Positions 44,233 to 54,261 of a stretch of 64,000 nucleotides of DNA are shown here, piece after piece; position 1 is the first letter of the stretch; each line of letters begins with the position of its first letter. The DNA lies in the sequence record OW849299.1. One strand, 5' to 3'. The notes under the pieces were generated by a model. That model was not told where the DNA came from. It saw nothing but the letters and a program-made list of their open reading frames with translations, and searched no databases. This DNA comes from a plasmid. Position numbers and translations under genes: made by a program.

Positions 44233-47200
44233 ATGGCGAAACCTGAAATTGCAACTGAAAGAACCCGTCTGAGTATTCCCTTTGACGATCGCCAACGTGC
44301 AATACGTGCGGCCGGCAAACTGGCTGATGGCAGTAATGCTCTGGACTACGTGAAGGAAGAAAAGGTGTGGTATGCACAGCCGGGGGCCAACCTGAGCCGG
44401 CTGAAAGAGTGGATTTTTGACCCCAATAAAGTGATCGAAGAACCGCCCCTGGATATTCAGGCCATTGAAGATGAATTTACGGCGTGGCTTGAAGAGCGCG
44501 GTGCCATTATCAAAGACCCCATAGAGTTCGATGGCCAGAAGCATTATGTCGATACCGTGGACGGTAAAGCTGGTTCAAGAAAGGGGGTGTATGCCGCCTT
44601 TCTGGATGGCCGACCTGCAGGGTGGTACAGGGACTATAAGAACGGTGGTGAAATTCAGAAATGGGTATCTACCGGCGCAGCCCCTAACCCTGAACAAATG
44701 GCCATGCTCCGTGCTGATGCTGCGGCAAGGCGTGAACAAAGAGCTGCAGCGCAAGCGGATAAGTTTGATCAGACCGCTAACCGGTTGATGGAAGAATATA
44801 ACCGGCTTCCGGATGCCACGGGAGATCTGGCATACCTGAAAAACAAACAGGTCATTGCCGCTAACGGCCTTAAAGCTGATGAGCGGGGCAACGTTGTGAT
44901 CCCTCTGTTTAATGCTGATGGCGAGTTCAGGACCCTTGAGCGCATCTGGTCCGACGGTAGTAAACACCTTGAAAAAGACGGCCAGGCATGGGGGAGTTTT
45001 TTCGTTGTGGGTGGTCAACTGAAGGATGGTGACAACCTGCTTTATGCCGAGGGATATGCGACAGCAGCCAGTATCAGCGAAGCCATCAATCAGCCTGTGA
45101 TCATGACGGTTAATGCCGGCAACATGGTGGAAGTTGCTGGCCGCCTGAAAGACACCTTTCCAAACAGCACTCATTACTTCCTTGCTGACAATGACATTTA
45201 TAAAGACGAGAACGTTGGGCTAGAAAAAGCGACAGAAGCTGCAGAGCTGACTGCCGGCCATGTTCTGGTCCCTGCCTTTAGCAACCCGAAAGAAGGGCTT
45301 ACTGACTACAACGATTTGCATGTCTCTGAAGGGCTGGAGCAAGTCAGATTGCAGGTAGAAGGAGCCATTAATCAAATGAACAGGGTAGACACTATGCCGA
45401 CTGATAACCCGAACATTACTGACGTTAATCACAGCTCGACTGACAGCGCTGCCGTTGCAGATCCTGAAAAAGCCGCGCCGGTGGCCAGCGCCCCTGCAGC
45501 TGCCGAACCGGAGGAAACCGCGCCGGTGGCCAGCGCCCCTGCAGCTGATGAACCGGTGGAAGCCGCGCAGGTGGCCAGCGCCCCTGCAGCTGATGAACCG
45601 GTGGAAGTCGCGCCGGTGGCCAGCGCCCCTGCAGCTGATGAACCGGAGGAAGTCGCGCCGGTGGCCAGCGCCCCTGCAGCTGCTGAACCGGAGGAAACCG
45701 CGCCGGTGGCCAGCGCCCCTGCAGCTGCTGAACCGGAGGAAGTCGCGCCGGTGGCCAGCGCCCCTGCAGCTGCTGAACCGGAGGAAACCGCGCCGGTGGC
45801 CAGCGCCCCTGCAGCTGCTGAACCGGAGGAAACCGCGCCGGTGGCCAGCGCCCCTGCAGCTGCCGAACCGGAGGAAGCTGTGCCGGTGTCCAGCACCCCT
45901 GCAGCTGCTGAACCGGAATACACCGCACCAACAGATCGAGACGGCGATGATGAAGAGAGTAATAGCGCCAGTGATCTTGAGGCGTATGCCGCTATGATGG
46001 CCTTTGGCGGTGAAACAACTGACTCCGCTCAGCAAAAGCCTGAAAGGATAGCGCCCAGCGAATCTGTAGCTAATACCGCCCCGGCTGAAAATGAAACCGA
46101 GGAGAAGAAAAAAACAAACGAAGAACTGGAAAACGGCATACGCTGGGCAACCAACGATAATGCAGAAACGCCCCCAAAAGAACGTATAGACCTGGAAGGG
46201 TTAATTGCCCGGTTTGGGTACAGAGCAGAGAAAGACTATACGGCGTATACGCTTGATGGACAGGATGCGTTTTACGATTACGGCTCACATCTGCGTATGG
46301 CTACCCCTGAAGCCAGCCAGAGTGACGAGATGATCCTGGCGGCCGTTCTAACCGCGGATAAGCAACATCATCGTGGTATTGAAATCACCGGCAGTGACGA
46401 ATTTAAAGAGCGAGTGTTTAACCTTATCAGTGAATACAACATTGAGGTGAAACTGACTAACCCAGAACAAAGGGTTAAATTGCTCGAACTCAAAAAAGCA
46501 AATGAAACAGCAAAAGAAACGGCAAAAGAAAATGTTGCTGATTCAAATGCGAATAAGCAGGAAGGGGCAAACGAAAAGACAAATTCATCAGTTCAGCAGA
46601 ATGGAATGCGCTGGGAAGAATCGGCCTCTGTGCAGCCGAAGAAGCAGAATGCATCTGATACTCAAAAGGAAGATAAAGCTGCAGGTGAACCCTGGGAGAA
46701 AGGCGTTATCGTCGCGCATGGACGTGCTAAGTATGAGTGGAAAGAAGATGAATCCATGAACTACTTTGTCACCCTCAAAAATGAACATGGAGAGAAGACA
46801 CTCTGGGGGAAAGACCTTGAGAGAGCGGTTAAAGATGCTGGTGTAGACACAGAACGTCTTGTTACAGTCAGAAAGCTGGGATTTGTGGATGTTGAGGTGA
46901 ATGCACCTGTCCGTGATGAAAGCAACAAGATCGTTCGTTATGAAACTATCCAGACCAAACGTAATGAGTGGGAAGTAAAGCCTGTATACCCACAGCCAAC
47001 AGCAGGGAATGAACAGGCCTATAAGCCTTCTGAACTGGTTCCGTATGATGCTGCAACCTTCCAGAAGCTCCGCACAACAATTCAGCAGATTACCGGTGTT
47101 GATCTCAGCCGTGAGGCCGTGCCTGAAAAAGAACTGTACTGGTTCTTGCCTAATGGTAAGCCAGCTCCAGAAAGCATGACAAAGCCCACAGGCTATAAAC

Positions 47201-47670
47201 TCCCTCAAGAGTCAAAAACCGCGGGTACACCTTTGCTGATCGCACCGCATAAAAAAGGCGAACGCCCAGATTATTTCCTTGTTGAGTCGCGTAAAGGATT
47301 CATGCAGGGGATCGCAAAGGATAAGGAGTCCGGTGAGTACCATAGCGTGATTGGAAAAGTGAACAAGCGTATTGATAAAGACGGAAACTGGAAAACGTAT
47401 ATGACTCTTTCAGCAATCAATAAAAATGCCGAAAGTGGAATTGTTTTGCATGGTTATGGACATGTAGATCAGGGGGGTAAAAATTTGCTTTACAAAAACA
47501 CAATTGCAAATGAAAAACAGCCTCAGCATTTACAAGCGGCCTCAGATGAGGTAAAAAACAAAACAGTAATGAAGCAGCTTTTTCATCCTTCAAATTCTGC
47601 AAAAAGAAAAGATGATGAAAGGAGAGAACAGACTCATGCACCAGTCGCAAAGTCAGCGCCTCGGCCATAA
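44233..47670 (+). CDS. pri: Plasmid DNA primase (Sog-like; TOPRIM primase domain + long C-terminal region)
   Basis: 1145 aa; TOPRIM motifs …LYAEGYATAASI…FLADNDIYKDENVGL…; contains a 10× 15-aa tandem repeat. Confidence 0.8.
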   Translation: MAKPEIATERTRLSIPFDDRQRAIRAAGKLADGSNALDYVKEEKVWYAQPGANLSRLKEWIFDPNKVIEEPPLDIQAIEDEFTAWLEERGAIIKDPIEFDGQKHYVDTVDGKAGSRKGVYAAFLDGRPAGWYRDYKNGGEIQKWVSTGAAPNPEQMAMLRADAAARREQRAAAQADKFDQTANRLMEEYNRLPDATGDLAYLKNKQVIAANGLKADERGNVVIPLFNADGEFRTLERIWSDGSKHLEKDGQAWGSFFVVGGQLKDGDNLLYAEGYATAASISEAINQPVIMTVNAGNMVEVAGRLKDTFPNSTHYFLADNDIYKDENVGLEKATEAAELTAGHVLVPAFSNPKEGLTDYNDLHVSEGLEQVRLQVEGAINQMNRVDTMPTDNPNITDVNHSSTDSAAVADPEKAAPVASAPAAAEPEETAPVASAPAADEPVEAAQVASAPAADEPVEVAPVASAPAADEPEEVAPVASAPAAAEPEETAPVASAPAAAEPEEVAPVASAPAAAEPEETAPVASAPAAAEPEETAPVASAPAAAEPEEAVPVSSTPAAAEPEYTAPTDRDGDDEESNSASDLEAYAAMMAFGGETTDSAQQKPERIAPSESVANTAPAENETEEKKKTNEELENGIRWATNDNAETPPKERIDLEGLIARFGYRAEKDYTAYTLDGQDAFYDYGSHLRMATPEASQSDEMILAAVLTADKQHHRGIEITGSDEFKERVFNLISEYNIEVKLTNPEQRVKLLELKKANETAKETAKENVADSNANKQEGANEKTNSSVQQNGMRWEESASVQPKKQNASDTQKEDKAAGEPWEKGVIVAHGRAKYEWKEDESMNYFVTLKNEHGEKTLWGKDLERAVKDAGVDTERLVTVRKLGFVDVEVNAPVRDESNKIVRYETIQTKRNEWEVKPVYPQPTAGNEQAYKPSELVPYDAATFQKLRTTIQQITGVDLSREAVPEKELYWFLPNGKPAPESMTKPTGYKLPQESKTAGTPLLIAPHKKGERPDYFLVESRKGFMQGIAKDKESGEYHSVIGKVNKRIDKDGNWKTYMTLSAINKNAESGIVLHGYGHVDQGGKNLLYKNTIANEKQPQHLQAASDEVKNKTVMKQLFHPSNSAKRKDDERREQTHAPVAKSAPRP
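45475..45924 (+). repeat. In-frame tandem repeat, 10 × 45 bp, encoding (APVASAPAAAEPEET)n inside pri
   Basis: Near-identical 45-bp units seen directly; produces the spurious antisense ORFs at 45220-46035. Confidence 0.9.
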
Positions 47671-48148
47671 AACAAAAACCCTACTCGTTGCAGTAGGGTT
47701 TTCCTGCATTTCTGTGAGCTCATTTGCGGCAACACAGACCTGTGCAGCATACGAACTGGCAAAAGCTGGTGCAGATGCTGCCTATAAGCAGGAAGTGGAA
47801 AGGATTAACAACGCCGCAAAAAGCGAATCCAGTACGTCTGATTCTCTCGGACAGTGCCTGGGGTCGCTATCGGTATCACTTAAAATCCCACAGTTTCCGT
47901 CTATCAGCGACATTATTGATAAGGTGAAGGATGAGGTATGCAATACGGTTAAATCGAAGATTAATGAGAAGTGGGGGAGCCTGACTAATACGACGCTGGA
48001 CCCGTGGTCAACGATTTCATCCCGACTGCCAGATACGTCAGGTATCCTGCCCAACGCATCTTCTAAAAATGTGCAATTAAACAATCCGGCAGCTGCGAGT
48101 GGAAGTGGTGAGGATGCAAACAGTGATGCATTCCCGTTCCATTTGTAA
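47636..48148 (+). CDS. traL: TraL-like secreted T4SS protein
   Basis: ATG 47636 with SD GGAGAG; signal peptide KTKTLLVAVGFSCISVSSFAA. Confidence 0.55.
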   Translation: MHQSQSQRLGHKTKTLLVAVGFSCISVSSFAATQTCAAYELAKAGADAAYKQEVERINNAAKSESSTSDSLGQCLGSLSVSLKIPQFPSISDIIDKVKDEVCNTVKSKINEKWGSLTNTTLDPWSTISSRLPDTSGILPNASSKNVQLNNPAAASGSGEDANSDAFPFHL

Positions 48149-48361
48149 CTACCGGAAGAGTCCTTTCGGGATTTTATCGAATAGCTTGCCGGTTCGTATT
48201 TCAACGCGGCGGTGTTCCGCCGCGGTTAGTAAACGCATAAATTCTGTGGCAGGTAGAACATCACGTTTTGAGTCTACATACGTATCAAGCGAATCTTCAT
48301 TCATGAAACGTCTGACAGTATGCAGCCAGTCTTCAGCTGATTTCATATTTTTTGAGCTCAT
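48149..48361 (-). CDS. Hha/YmoA-family modulator (70 aa)
   Basis: …RLLTAAEHRRVEIRTGKLFDKIPKGLFR matches the Hha C-terminal signature; immediately downstream of the hns-like gene (start could be 48346). Confidence 0.6.
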   Translation of the reverse strand: MSSKNMKSAEDWLHTVRRFMNEDSLDTYVDSKRDVLPATEFMRLLTAAEHRRVEIRTGKLFDKIPKGLFR

Positions 48362-48743
48362 CGTCGCTCATCTCGGCAAACGCTGCAGGTCGGCGACCTT
48401 TTCCTGTCCAGGTTATGGACTTTCCATCAACTTCGATCCGGTACTTCACTTTTCCAAAAGTGGATTTACTTTTCGTGGACGGACCAAAGAGATTTTCGAA
48501 GATCTGGAGAGCTTCATCAGCCGTAATATTGTGTTCTTCCATGAACCGCTTTGTGGCTGCGGCTTTCTCTTCAGTGGCCTTCTGTTCTTCCTTAAATTTC
48601 TCGATCATTCCCTGTGCAATGTCGGACCACATATTAATGAGTTGTTCAAGGTTTTCTGGCGGGATTTTGCGCAAAACGGCGGTGGCTTTTCGTCGTTCGC
48701 ACATGATAACTGCACAGGATTCGTAATCATTATGTTCGCTCAT
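48333..48743 (-). CDS. hns: H-NS-family nucleoid-associated protein (plasmid 'stealth' H-NS)
   Basis: C-terminal DNA-binding motif TWTGKGRRPAAF (cf. H-NS TWTGQGRTP); start ATG 48743 with SD GAGGT. Confidence 0.7.
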   Translation of the reverse strand: MSEHNDYESCAVIMCERRKATAVLRKIPPENLEQLINMWSDIAQGMIEKFKEEQKATEEKAAATKRFMEEHNITADEALQIFENLFGPSTKSKSTFGKVKYRIEVDGKSITWTGKGRRPAAFAEMSDDELKKYEIS

Positions 48744-48810
48744 GTATACCTCATTGTTCATTAACGATCTGCGTGATTTTCTAACACAAACTTTTGAAAA
48801 GAGAAACTCT

Positions 48811-49524
48811 ATGAAAACACAAAATGGTGAAAATATTATGGATCAAACTGACTCGGATCAAAACTCAGTCGTTGATGATGACAGCAACGCCCTTGCTCCA
48901 GCTCTGGCTGAAGAGAGTAACCGAACGGTACAAGAAATCGTATCGAAACATGGTTTAAAAGTAATTTTGATTCAAACGCTAATCATATTAGTCGCAATCA
49001 TTATCATTGGTCTTCAGGGTTACTGGCTTCACCAGAAAAAAACCAAATATATTGCAACGAATGGGGGCATGATCACAGAAGTTCATCCAACCGATGAACC
49101 CGCTTACACGGCGGAAGAGGTGATGGACTTTGCCAACCGTACAATGATCAAATCGCTTTCACTGAACTTTGTGAATTACGAAAACCAATTAACCAGCGTC
49201 CGCGGCGATTTTAGCGCTGAAGGGTACGTTAGTTTCCGTAAAGCGCTGTCCGATAGTGGGCTGCTGAAAGATATCAGTGAAAAACGTCTGAACGTAAAAC
49301 TTTCCACAACTCCTGGAACCCTGATCACGGAAGGTCTTATCCGTGGCACCAAAACCTATGCCTGGCAATACCGCATTCCGGTGACTGTTCAGCTTGTTGG
49401 GCAGGCTCAGGACTACAGACCGCAACCTTACGATTTGATGGTTCAGGTACGCCGCGTAAAAGAAGACGAAGATCCACGGGGTATTCAAGTAGCACAGGCC
49501 ATTCTCAAACCCCGGAACTACTGA
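48811..49524 (+). CDS. traM: TraM (DotI/IcmL-like membrane protein)
   Basis: Single TM LKVILIQTLIILVAIIIIGL; start uncertain (48811 or 48838). Confidence 0.6.
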   Translation: MKTQNGENIMDQTDSDQNSVVDDDSNALAPALAEESNRTVQEIVSKHGLKVILIQTLIILVAIIIIGLQGYWLHQKKTKYIATNGGMITEVHPTDEPAYTAEEVMDFANRTMIKSLSLNFVNYENQLTSVRGDFSAEGYVSFRKALSDSGLLKDISEKRLNVKLSTTPGTLITEGLIRGTKTYAWQYRIPVTVQLVGQAQDYRPQPYDLMVQVRRVKEDEDPRGIQVAQAILKPRNY

Positions 49525-49532
49525 GGTCAATC

Positions 49533-50684
49533 ATGAAGATTAAACTGTTAACTGTACTTATGGCCGCACTGTTTTCGGCAAATTCTGTATCTGCAGCTGA
49601 TGCGCCGACTGGTAATGGAGCGCCGCAGCAAACGGCGCCAGCTGTGCCTGGTGGTGATATTGCTCAATGGCAGCAGGCCAGTTCCGGGTTGCCCGTAAAT
49701 CAGCAGTCACAGGTGCAACAGCCTCCACAGCAAACAGCACAGGAACAAGGTCAGCAGCAGGCGCAAGGCCAACAACCACAGGCACAGGCCCAACAGCAGC
49801 CAACTACTGCACTGCCTCCTGCACCCATGCCGCAGATTCCTCCACCACAGCAGCAGGTTACTCATGTTAATCCGCAGACACTGGAAGAGTTACCTGCACC
49901 TGTTCTGCAGCAGATCCAGCCTATTACCCCTGGTCAGGTGCGGTCTGCCCGCAGCGCAATGGAAGATATGAGCGCGGCGGCCAAAACCTCACCATTAACG
50001 CCGATCCCACGAATTTCAAGCCAGACGGTATCACTGTCAGCTGGTGCATCCATTCCGCAGGTACGGGTATTTCCAAACCAGGCAACCACAGTGACGTTTT
50101 CAGATGCAACCGGACACCCCTGGGTATTAGGCGCCCCTCCATATAATTCGAGTCCCTGTGCATCTGGTGGTGAACTGTGTGTTGGCTATATTCCAGGATC
50201 GGCGGTATTCACAATCCAGCCGACCAATGCCTATGCCAGCGGGAACATCACAGTGCTTCTGAAGGGGCTGGCTACGCCGGTCATTATTAACGTGAAGGGG
50301 GCAGAACCCTCCGTTAAATCAAAAACCGTTGATGTTGATTATCGTCTGGATCTCCGTATCCCGAAGCGCAGTCCTGACACACCGGTTTATACCGCTACTC
50401 CTGAGAAAAAAATCTCACTGTATGACAAGCAGCTGCAGAGCGTGCTCGATGGCATCCCGCCTGAAGATGCTCAGCGGTTGAAACTTAAAAACGCGCCAGG
50501 GAGTACCAAAGTCTGGCAGATCGGTGATGAGCTCTACGTCAGAAGTAACATGCAGCTGCAGGATGAGTTTGAAAAAACGCTTTCCGCTATCGATGGCACA
50601 CATGTTTACGTGCTGCCGGCAACACCAGTGCTGACTTTTTCGGTTAACGGTCAGGCGCGTGACGTTGAAGTTGAGCTGAATTAA
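49533..50684 (+). CDS. traN: TraN (DotH/IcmK-like outer-membrane component)
   Basis: Signal peptide; Q/P-rich linker; 383 aa. Confidence 0.65.
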   Translation: MKIKLLTVLMAALFSANSVSAADAPTGNGAPQQTAPAVPGGDIAQWQQASSGLPVNQQSQVQQPPQQTAQEQGQQQAQGQQPQAQAQQQPTTALPPAPMPQIPPPQQQVTHVNPQTLEELPAPVLQQIQPITPGQVRSARSAMEDMSAAAKTSPLTPIPRISSQTVSLSAGASIPQVRVFPNQATTVTFSDATGHPWVLGAPPYNSSPCASGGELCVGYIPGSAVFTIQPTNAYASGNITVLLKGLATPVIINVKGAEPSVKSKTVDVDYRLDLRIPKRSPDTPVYTATPEKKISLYDKQLQSVLDGIPPEDAQRLKLKNAPGSTKVWQIGDELYVRSNMQLQDEFEKTLSAIDGTHVYVLPATPVLTFSVNGQARDVEVELN

Positions 50685-50695
50685 GGGGAACGACG

Positions 50696-52045
50696 ATGGC
50701 TACAGATAAAGGTAAAGAAACCAGAAAAATGATGCTCTACGTCGGTGGCGCCGCTGCAGTTGTGGCGCTTCTGGGAGGGTACTGGTTGTTTGGCTCATCA
50801 GATGAGCCGGCAACGGGCGGGTCGCAGGTGAAGGCCCAGGGGCTGGAAGGGAAAACTGGCAGGGAAAAAGCTAATGATCCCCAATACAACAAGCTGCTGA
50901 ATGAGTGGAATGCTGATAACTCAGAAAAAGCGGCTCTCACGGGGGATAGTTTCATATCCACGTTGTCAGCCAGTAACCCGGTGGCCGTTGATTACGGCAC
51001 CAAAGCACCGCCACCAAAATATTCGTGGGAATCGTCAGCAAAACAGTCGGGCGATAACAGTAAGGCTAATGATGCTGAGCAGAAAGAGCGTGAGCGTCAG
51101 GCTAAAGCTGTGGCTACGTTACTGCAGAAAATAGACCAGGCCAGAACACCGGTTGTCACGGGTGTTGCTCTTGCAACCCCTCTGGGAGCAGAGGGTAATG
51201 ACAAGAACGGCGGCACCTTCTCAGGGTGGACCGATTCGGTCTATCCGCAGAACAAAAAGCCGGATGCTGAAAAACAACAGGGGGCGAAGAATAAGGTCAA
51301 AGATAAAGGAGCCCGGCTTGTATCGGCTTACACGCTTGTGCCGGCAGTAATGGATACGGCGATGGACAGTGACGATCAGAACAGTATTGCTATTGCCCAT
51401 GTTCCAACTGGAGCGCAGGCCGGCGCCAAATTCTATTCTGGCCAAAACCGTCTTGCCGGCGATGGTATTCGAATTCACTTCACCGGCATGGAGCTGAACG
51501 GAGTGCAGTGTAAGGTCGATGCGTATGGCGTGGCTTCCGACTCGTTGCGCGCGGCCGTTTCCTCAAATGTAAATAACCGCTGGTTCAGCCGTATTATTCT
51601 GCCGGCTGTTGCTAACGGATTAGGCCGAACTGGTCAGCTGTATGCGGACAGCAATTCGCAGATGATTATCACTGACGGCGGGAATGCATATCGTTCAACT
51701 GGTACACCTGATGGCAAAGCGGTTGCCGGTACCATTATTGGCGGGATGGGTGAGCAAGCAGGGCGTGTCCTGGCCGACGATGCAGCCCGCCTGCCGATTA
51801 AGCAGGTTACGGTTGACCGTAACCAACTCATAGGCATCCAGTTTGTCGCGCCTGTGTATGAAAGCGACTGTGGCGAGAATATGGAAAATGCTTCTGCAGA
51901 GCAGGTGCAGCAGCAAGCAACTCCCACACTATCTAGTGTGCAACCTCAGCAGATGCCTCAGCCTCCGGCTCCTAATTACCCTCAGCAAAACTTTCCAAGC
52001 TACCCCGGCTACGGGTATGGCACCAATAACCCGTATTACCGTTAA
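50696..52045 (+). CDS. traO: TraO (DotG/IcmE, VirB10-like)
   Basis: N-terminal TM, C-terminal P/Q-rich tail; 449 aa. Confidence 0.65.
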   Translation: MATDKGKETRKMMLYVGGAAAVVALLGGYWLFGSSDEPATGGSQVKAQGLEGKTGREKANDPQYNKLLNEWNADNSEKAALTGDSFISTLSASNPVAVDYGTKAPPPKYSWESSAKQSGDNSKANDAEQKERERQAKAVATLLQKIDQARTPVVTGVALATPLGAEGNDKNGGTFSGWTDSVYPQNKKPDAEKQQGAKNKVKDKGARLVSAYTLVPAVMDTAMDSDDQNSIAIAHVPTGAQAGAKFYSGQNRLAGDGIRIHFTGMELNGVQCKVDAYGVASDSLRAAVSSNVNNRWFSRIILPAVANGLGRTGQLYADSNSQMIITDGGNAYRSTGTPDGKAVAGTIIGGMGEQAGRVLADDAARLPIKQVTVDRNQLIGIQFVAPVYESDCGENMENASAEQVQQQATPTLSSVQPQQMPQPPAPNYPQQNFPSYPGYGYGTNNPYYR

Positions 52046-52056
52046 GGAGATTGATA

Positions 52057-52761
52057 ATGAATCTGTTTGAAGATGACAATAAAAACGAAGCAGCTCCTGC
52101 CCAGGAACCGGTGTCTGCTAAGCCTGCTGAAAAGCCAAAACCGACAGTGACGCCAGCAGCAAAAGCGAGCAAAAAGCCGCTTAATATCAGTGACTATGCA
52201 TGGATTGGTGGTATCGCTGTCATCGCTATCCTGCTTTTAGTCTGGTTGTTTGGGGGCTCCGATAGTGATACTGCGCCAGCGACGGGGAATGGGGCGATCC
52301 AGTCTTCAGCGCAACGTCCGCGCGTACAGTCTGCCCCTGCAGGGCAGGATTCTGGTGACTTCCGCGAGCAGATTTCCGGGATTCTGCTGCAGCAAAAGGA
52401 ACGGCTGGACGCGATAGAATCAACTTCTAAAAATGGAATGATGATCCTTTCCAGTCAGTTACAAAGCGCTAATGAACAAATTAAAAATCTGAACAATCAG
52501 GTTCAGGAACTGAAAATGAAAGCCGCTGGTTATGGGCCTTCATTTGGTAATCAGAGTGGAACAATTTCCGGTGCAACGTCACAGGCATTACCTTTGTTGA
52601 GAGGTTTTTCAATTAATGATTTATCTGGCGATCTTGCTTGGGTAAAATACAAAAACCAGACGTATGCTGTGAAGGTCGGAAGTCAACTTGGCGGAGTCAC
52701 CATTACAGGTATCGATACTGAAAATAGAATCGTTACAACAAGTAAAGGCCTTATCCGCTAA
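52057..52761 (+). CDS. traP: TraP (DotF/IcmG-like)
   Basis: ATG 52057 with SD AAGGAG (the ORF-track start is TTG at 52051); TM + coiled coil. Confidence 0.6.
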   Translation: MNLFEDDNKNEAAPAQEPVSAKPAEKPKPTVTPAAKASKKPLNISDYAWIGGIAVIAILLLVWLFGGSDSDTAPATGNGAIQSSAQRPRVQSAPAGQDSGDFREQISGILLQQKERLDAIESTSKNGMMILSSQLQSANEQIKNLNNQVQELKMKAAGYGPSFGNQSGTISGATSQALPLLRGFSINDLSGDLAWVKYKNQTYAVKVGSQLGGVTITGIDTENRIVTTSKGLIR

Positions 52762-52784
52762 TCAGGACCTAAAAAGGCGAAACT

Positions 52785-53315
52785 ATGGATTTAGAATCGG
52801 TATTAATTCAGGTTGCTAACGGTGGTCAGGAACCGCTGACAAGGCTAATCATAGGTGTCGCTGCAATCGTTGGGATCATTGGTGTTATTGGATATCTGAT
52901 GAGCCTGCGGAAGCAGGCCAGGCATTCTACCAAAGGTGTTGAAGTTGGCAGAATTTTTGCCGGGATCATCTTCTGTGTATGCCTCATCACGCTGAAAGCA
53001 CAGATGAACTCAGGCGGTGCCACTTTAGGATTTGGCGATGTCAGTTTCGGACCCGTCAGTTATGCGAGCGAATCTACGTTTGGCATGGGAGCCGCAGCAG
53101 TCAACGCAGTGCTGGGGATTGTTAGAATTCTCGGTGCATACTTTTTTTACAGGGGTATTAAGGGGTTGAAAGACTCTTACCTTGAGGGCCATACGGAGCT
53201 GTCAGCTTCGGGCACGAGAGGGGCATCCATTGTGAAAATTGTATGTGGACTACTTCTGATGTTCGATACACAAACGCTCGATGCGTTGCAGAGCACATTA
53301 AACATTCACTGGTAA
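52785..53315 (+). CDS. traQ: TraQ (membrane protein)
   Basis: 176 aa, multiple TM helices. Confidence 0.55.
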   Translation: MDLESVLIQVANGGQEPLTRLIIGVAAIVGIIGVIGYLMSLRKQARHSTKGVEVGRIFAGIIFCVCLITLKAQMNSGGATLGFGDVSFGPVSYASESTFGMGAAAVNAVLGIVRILGAYFFYRGIKGLKDSYLEGHTELSASGTRGASIVKIVCGLLLMFDTQTLDALQSTLNIHW

Positions 53316-53331
53316 TCAAAAAGGATACTTT

Positions 53332-53721
53332 ATGAAAATTGTTAAATTTATCAAAGACAAGGCGTTATCTGCATCCATCGCAGCGTATCAGCTGCGCGGA
53401 ACGGTAGCAAAATCGTTAGTGGTATTGCCGCTGGCATTGCTGAGCAAAGAGGCTGCAGCTGAAACGACTATCTGGGAAAAGATCAATACCTTCACGGAAG
53501 GTATGGCCAGTACCCAGCCTGGTCTGATTACCGCTGGTAAAGTGGTTGGTGTTGTCTGCTTCATCGTAGGTCTTGTTGCTCTGTGGCTCAAAAACAAACG
53601 CGGGAAAGATATCAGTGGCGGCTTCATCTTCTGGTCAATGGTTGTTGGAGCCTGTCTGGTCGGCCTGACCGCATGGATCTCTTCTGTTGGTTCAACTGTT
53701 GGTGTTGACGCAACCCTGTAA
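53332..53721 (+). CDS. traR: TraR (membrane protein)
   Basis: 129 aa, TM helices. Confidence 0.55.
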   Translation: MKIVKFIKDKALSASIAAYQLRGTVAKSLVVLPLALLSKEAAAETTIWEKINTFTEGMASTQPGLITAGKVVGVVCFIVGLVALWLKNKRGKDISGGFIFWSMVVGACLVGLTAWISSVGSTVGVDATL

Positions 53722-53766
53722 TGTCCTTTCGGCCCCGCCTTGCGGGGCCAATACCGGAGTTCCCCC

Positions 53767-54261
53767 ATGAAAGATTTTAAGCTCACCAGGAATGAACAAC
53801 CTGCCAGATGCCATGTGTGCGGGATAAAGAGCAAAGATGTTTTCTCCCTCGCAGAAGATGGACAGAAAGAGAGAATGCTTTGCTCTGTATGCCTGTCGCT
53901 CGAACACCCGGAGAAAATGAAACTAGAGACTCAAACCGGACTTCTGCTGAAGAGAAATACAAACCGAAAACTCTACAGCCTGTTGTTTCGTTCAATTGCA
54001 AAGGCGGAAAAGTCAACGGACGATTCTTACCGTGAAAAGGCACAGAAACTTAAACAGATATTGCTCAGTACAACTGACGTAGTTCTAAACGAAACCGGCA
54101 GTGATGATGGATACGATTTACTGCACCTGATAAAAAAACACCATCAGTTACTTCCCATGAATTTTGACGATGAGTTTGTCACTTCTGTCGCAGAGTCAGA
54201 CGAATTGCCGGATGTAAGTGACTGGAATGAAATTTACAAGGGTAAGAGAGGTTTTAAATGA
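53767..54261 (+). CDS. Tra-operon Zn-ribbon protein (CxxC…CxxC)
   Basis: ATG 53767 with SD GGAG; …CHVCG…CSVCL…. Confidence 0.45.
   Translation: MKDFKLTRNEQPARCHVCGIKSKDVFSLAEDGQKERMLCSVCLSLEHPEKMKLETQTGLLLKRNTNRKLYSLLFRSIAKAEKSTDDSYREKAQKLKQILLSTTDVVLNETGSDDGYDLLHLIKKHHQLLPMNFDDEFVTSVAESDELPDVSDWNEIYKGKRGFK

Noticed and set aside
45220-46035. Long minus-strand and alternative-frame ORFs (45220-46035, 45425-45931, 45429-45923, 45455-45997) with highly repetitive R/G/A-rich translations
   Set aside because: They are artefacts of the 45-bp tandem repeat inside pri; low-complexity, no SD, fully overlapped by the primase frame.
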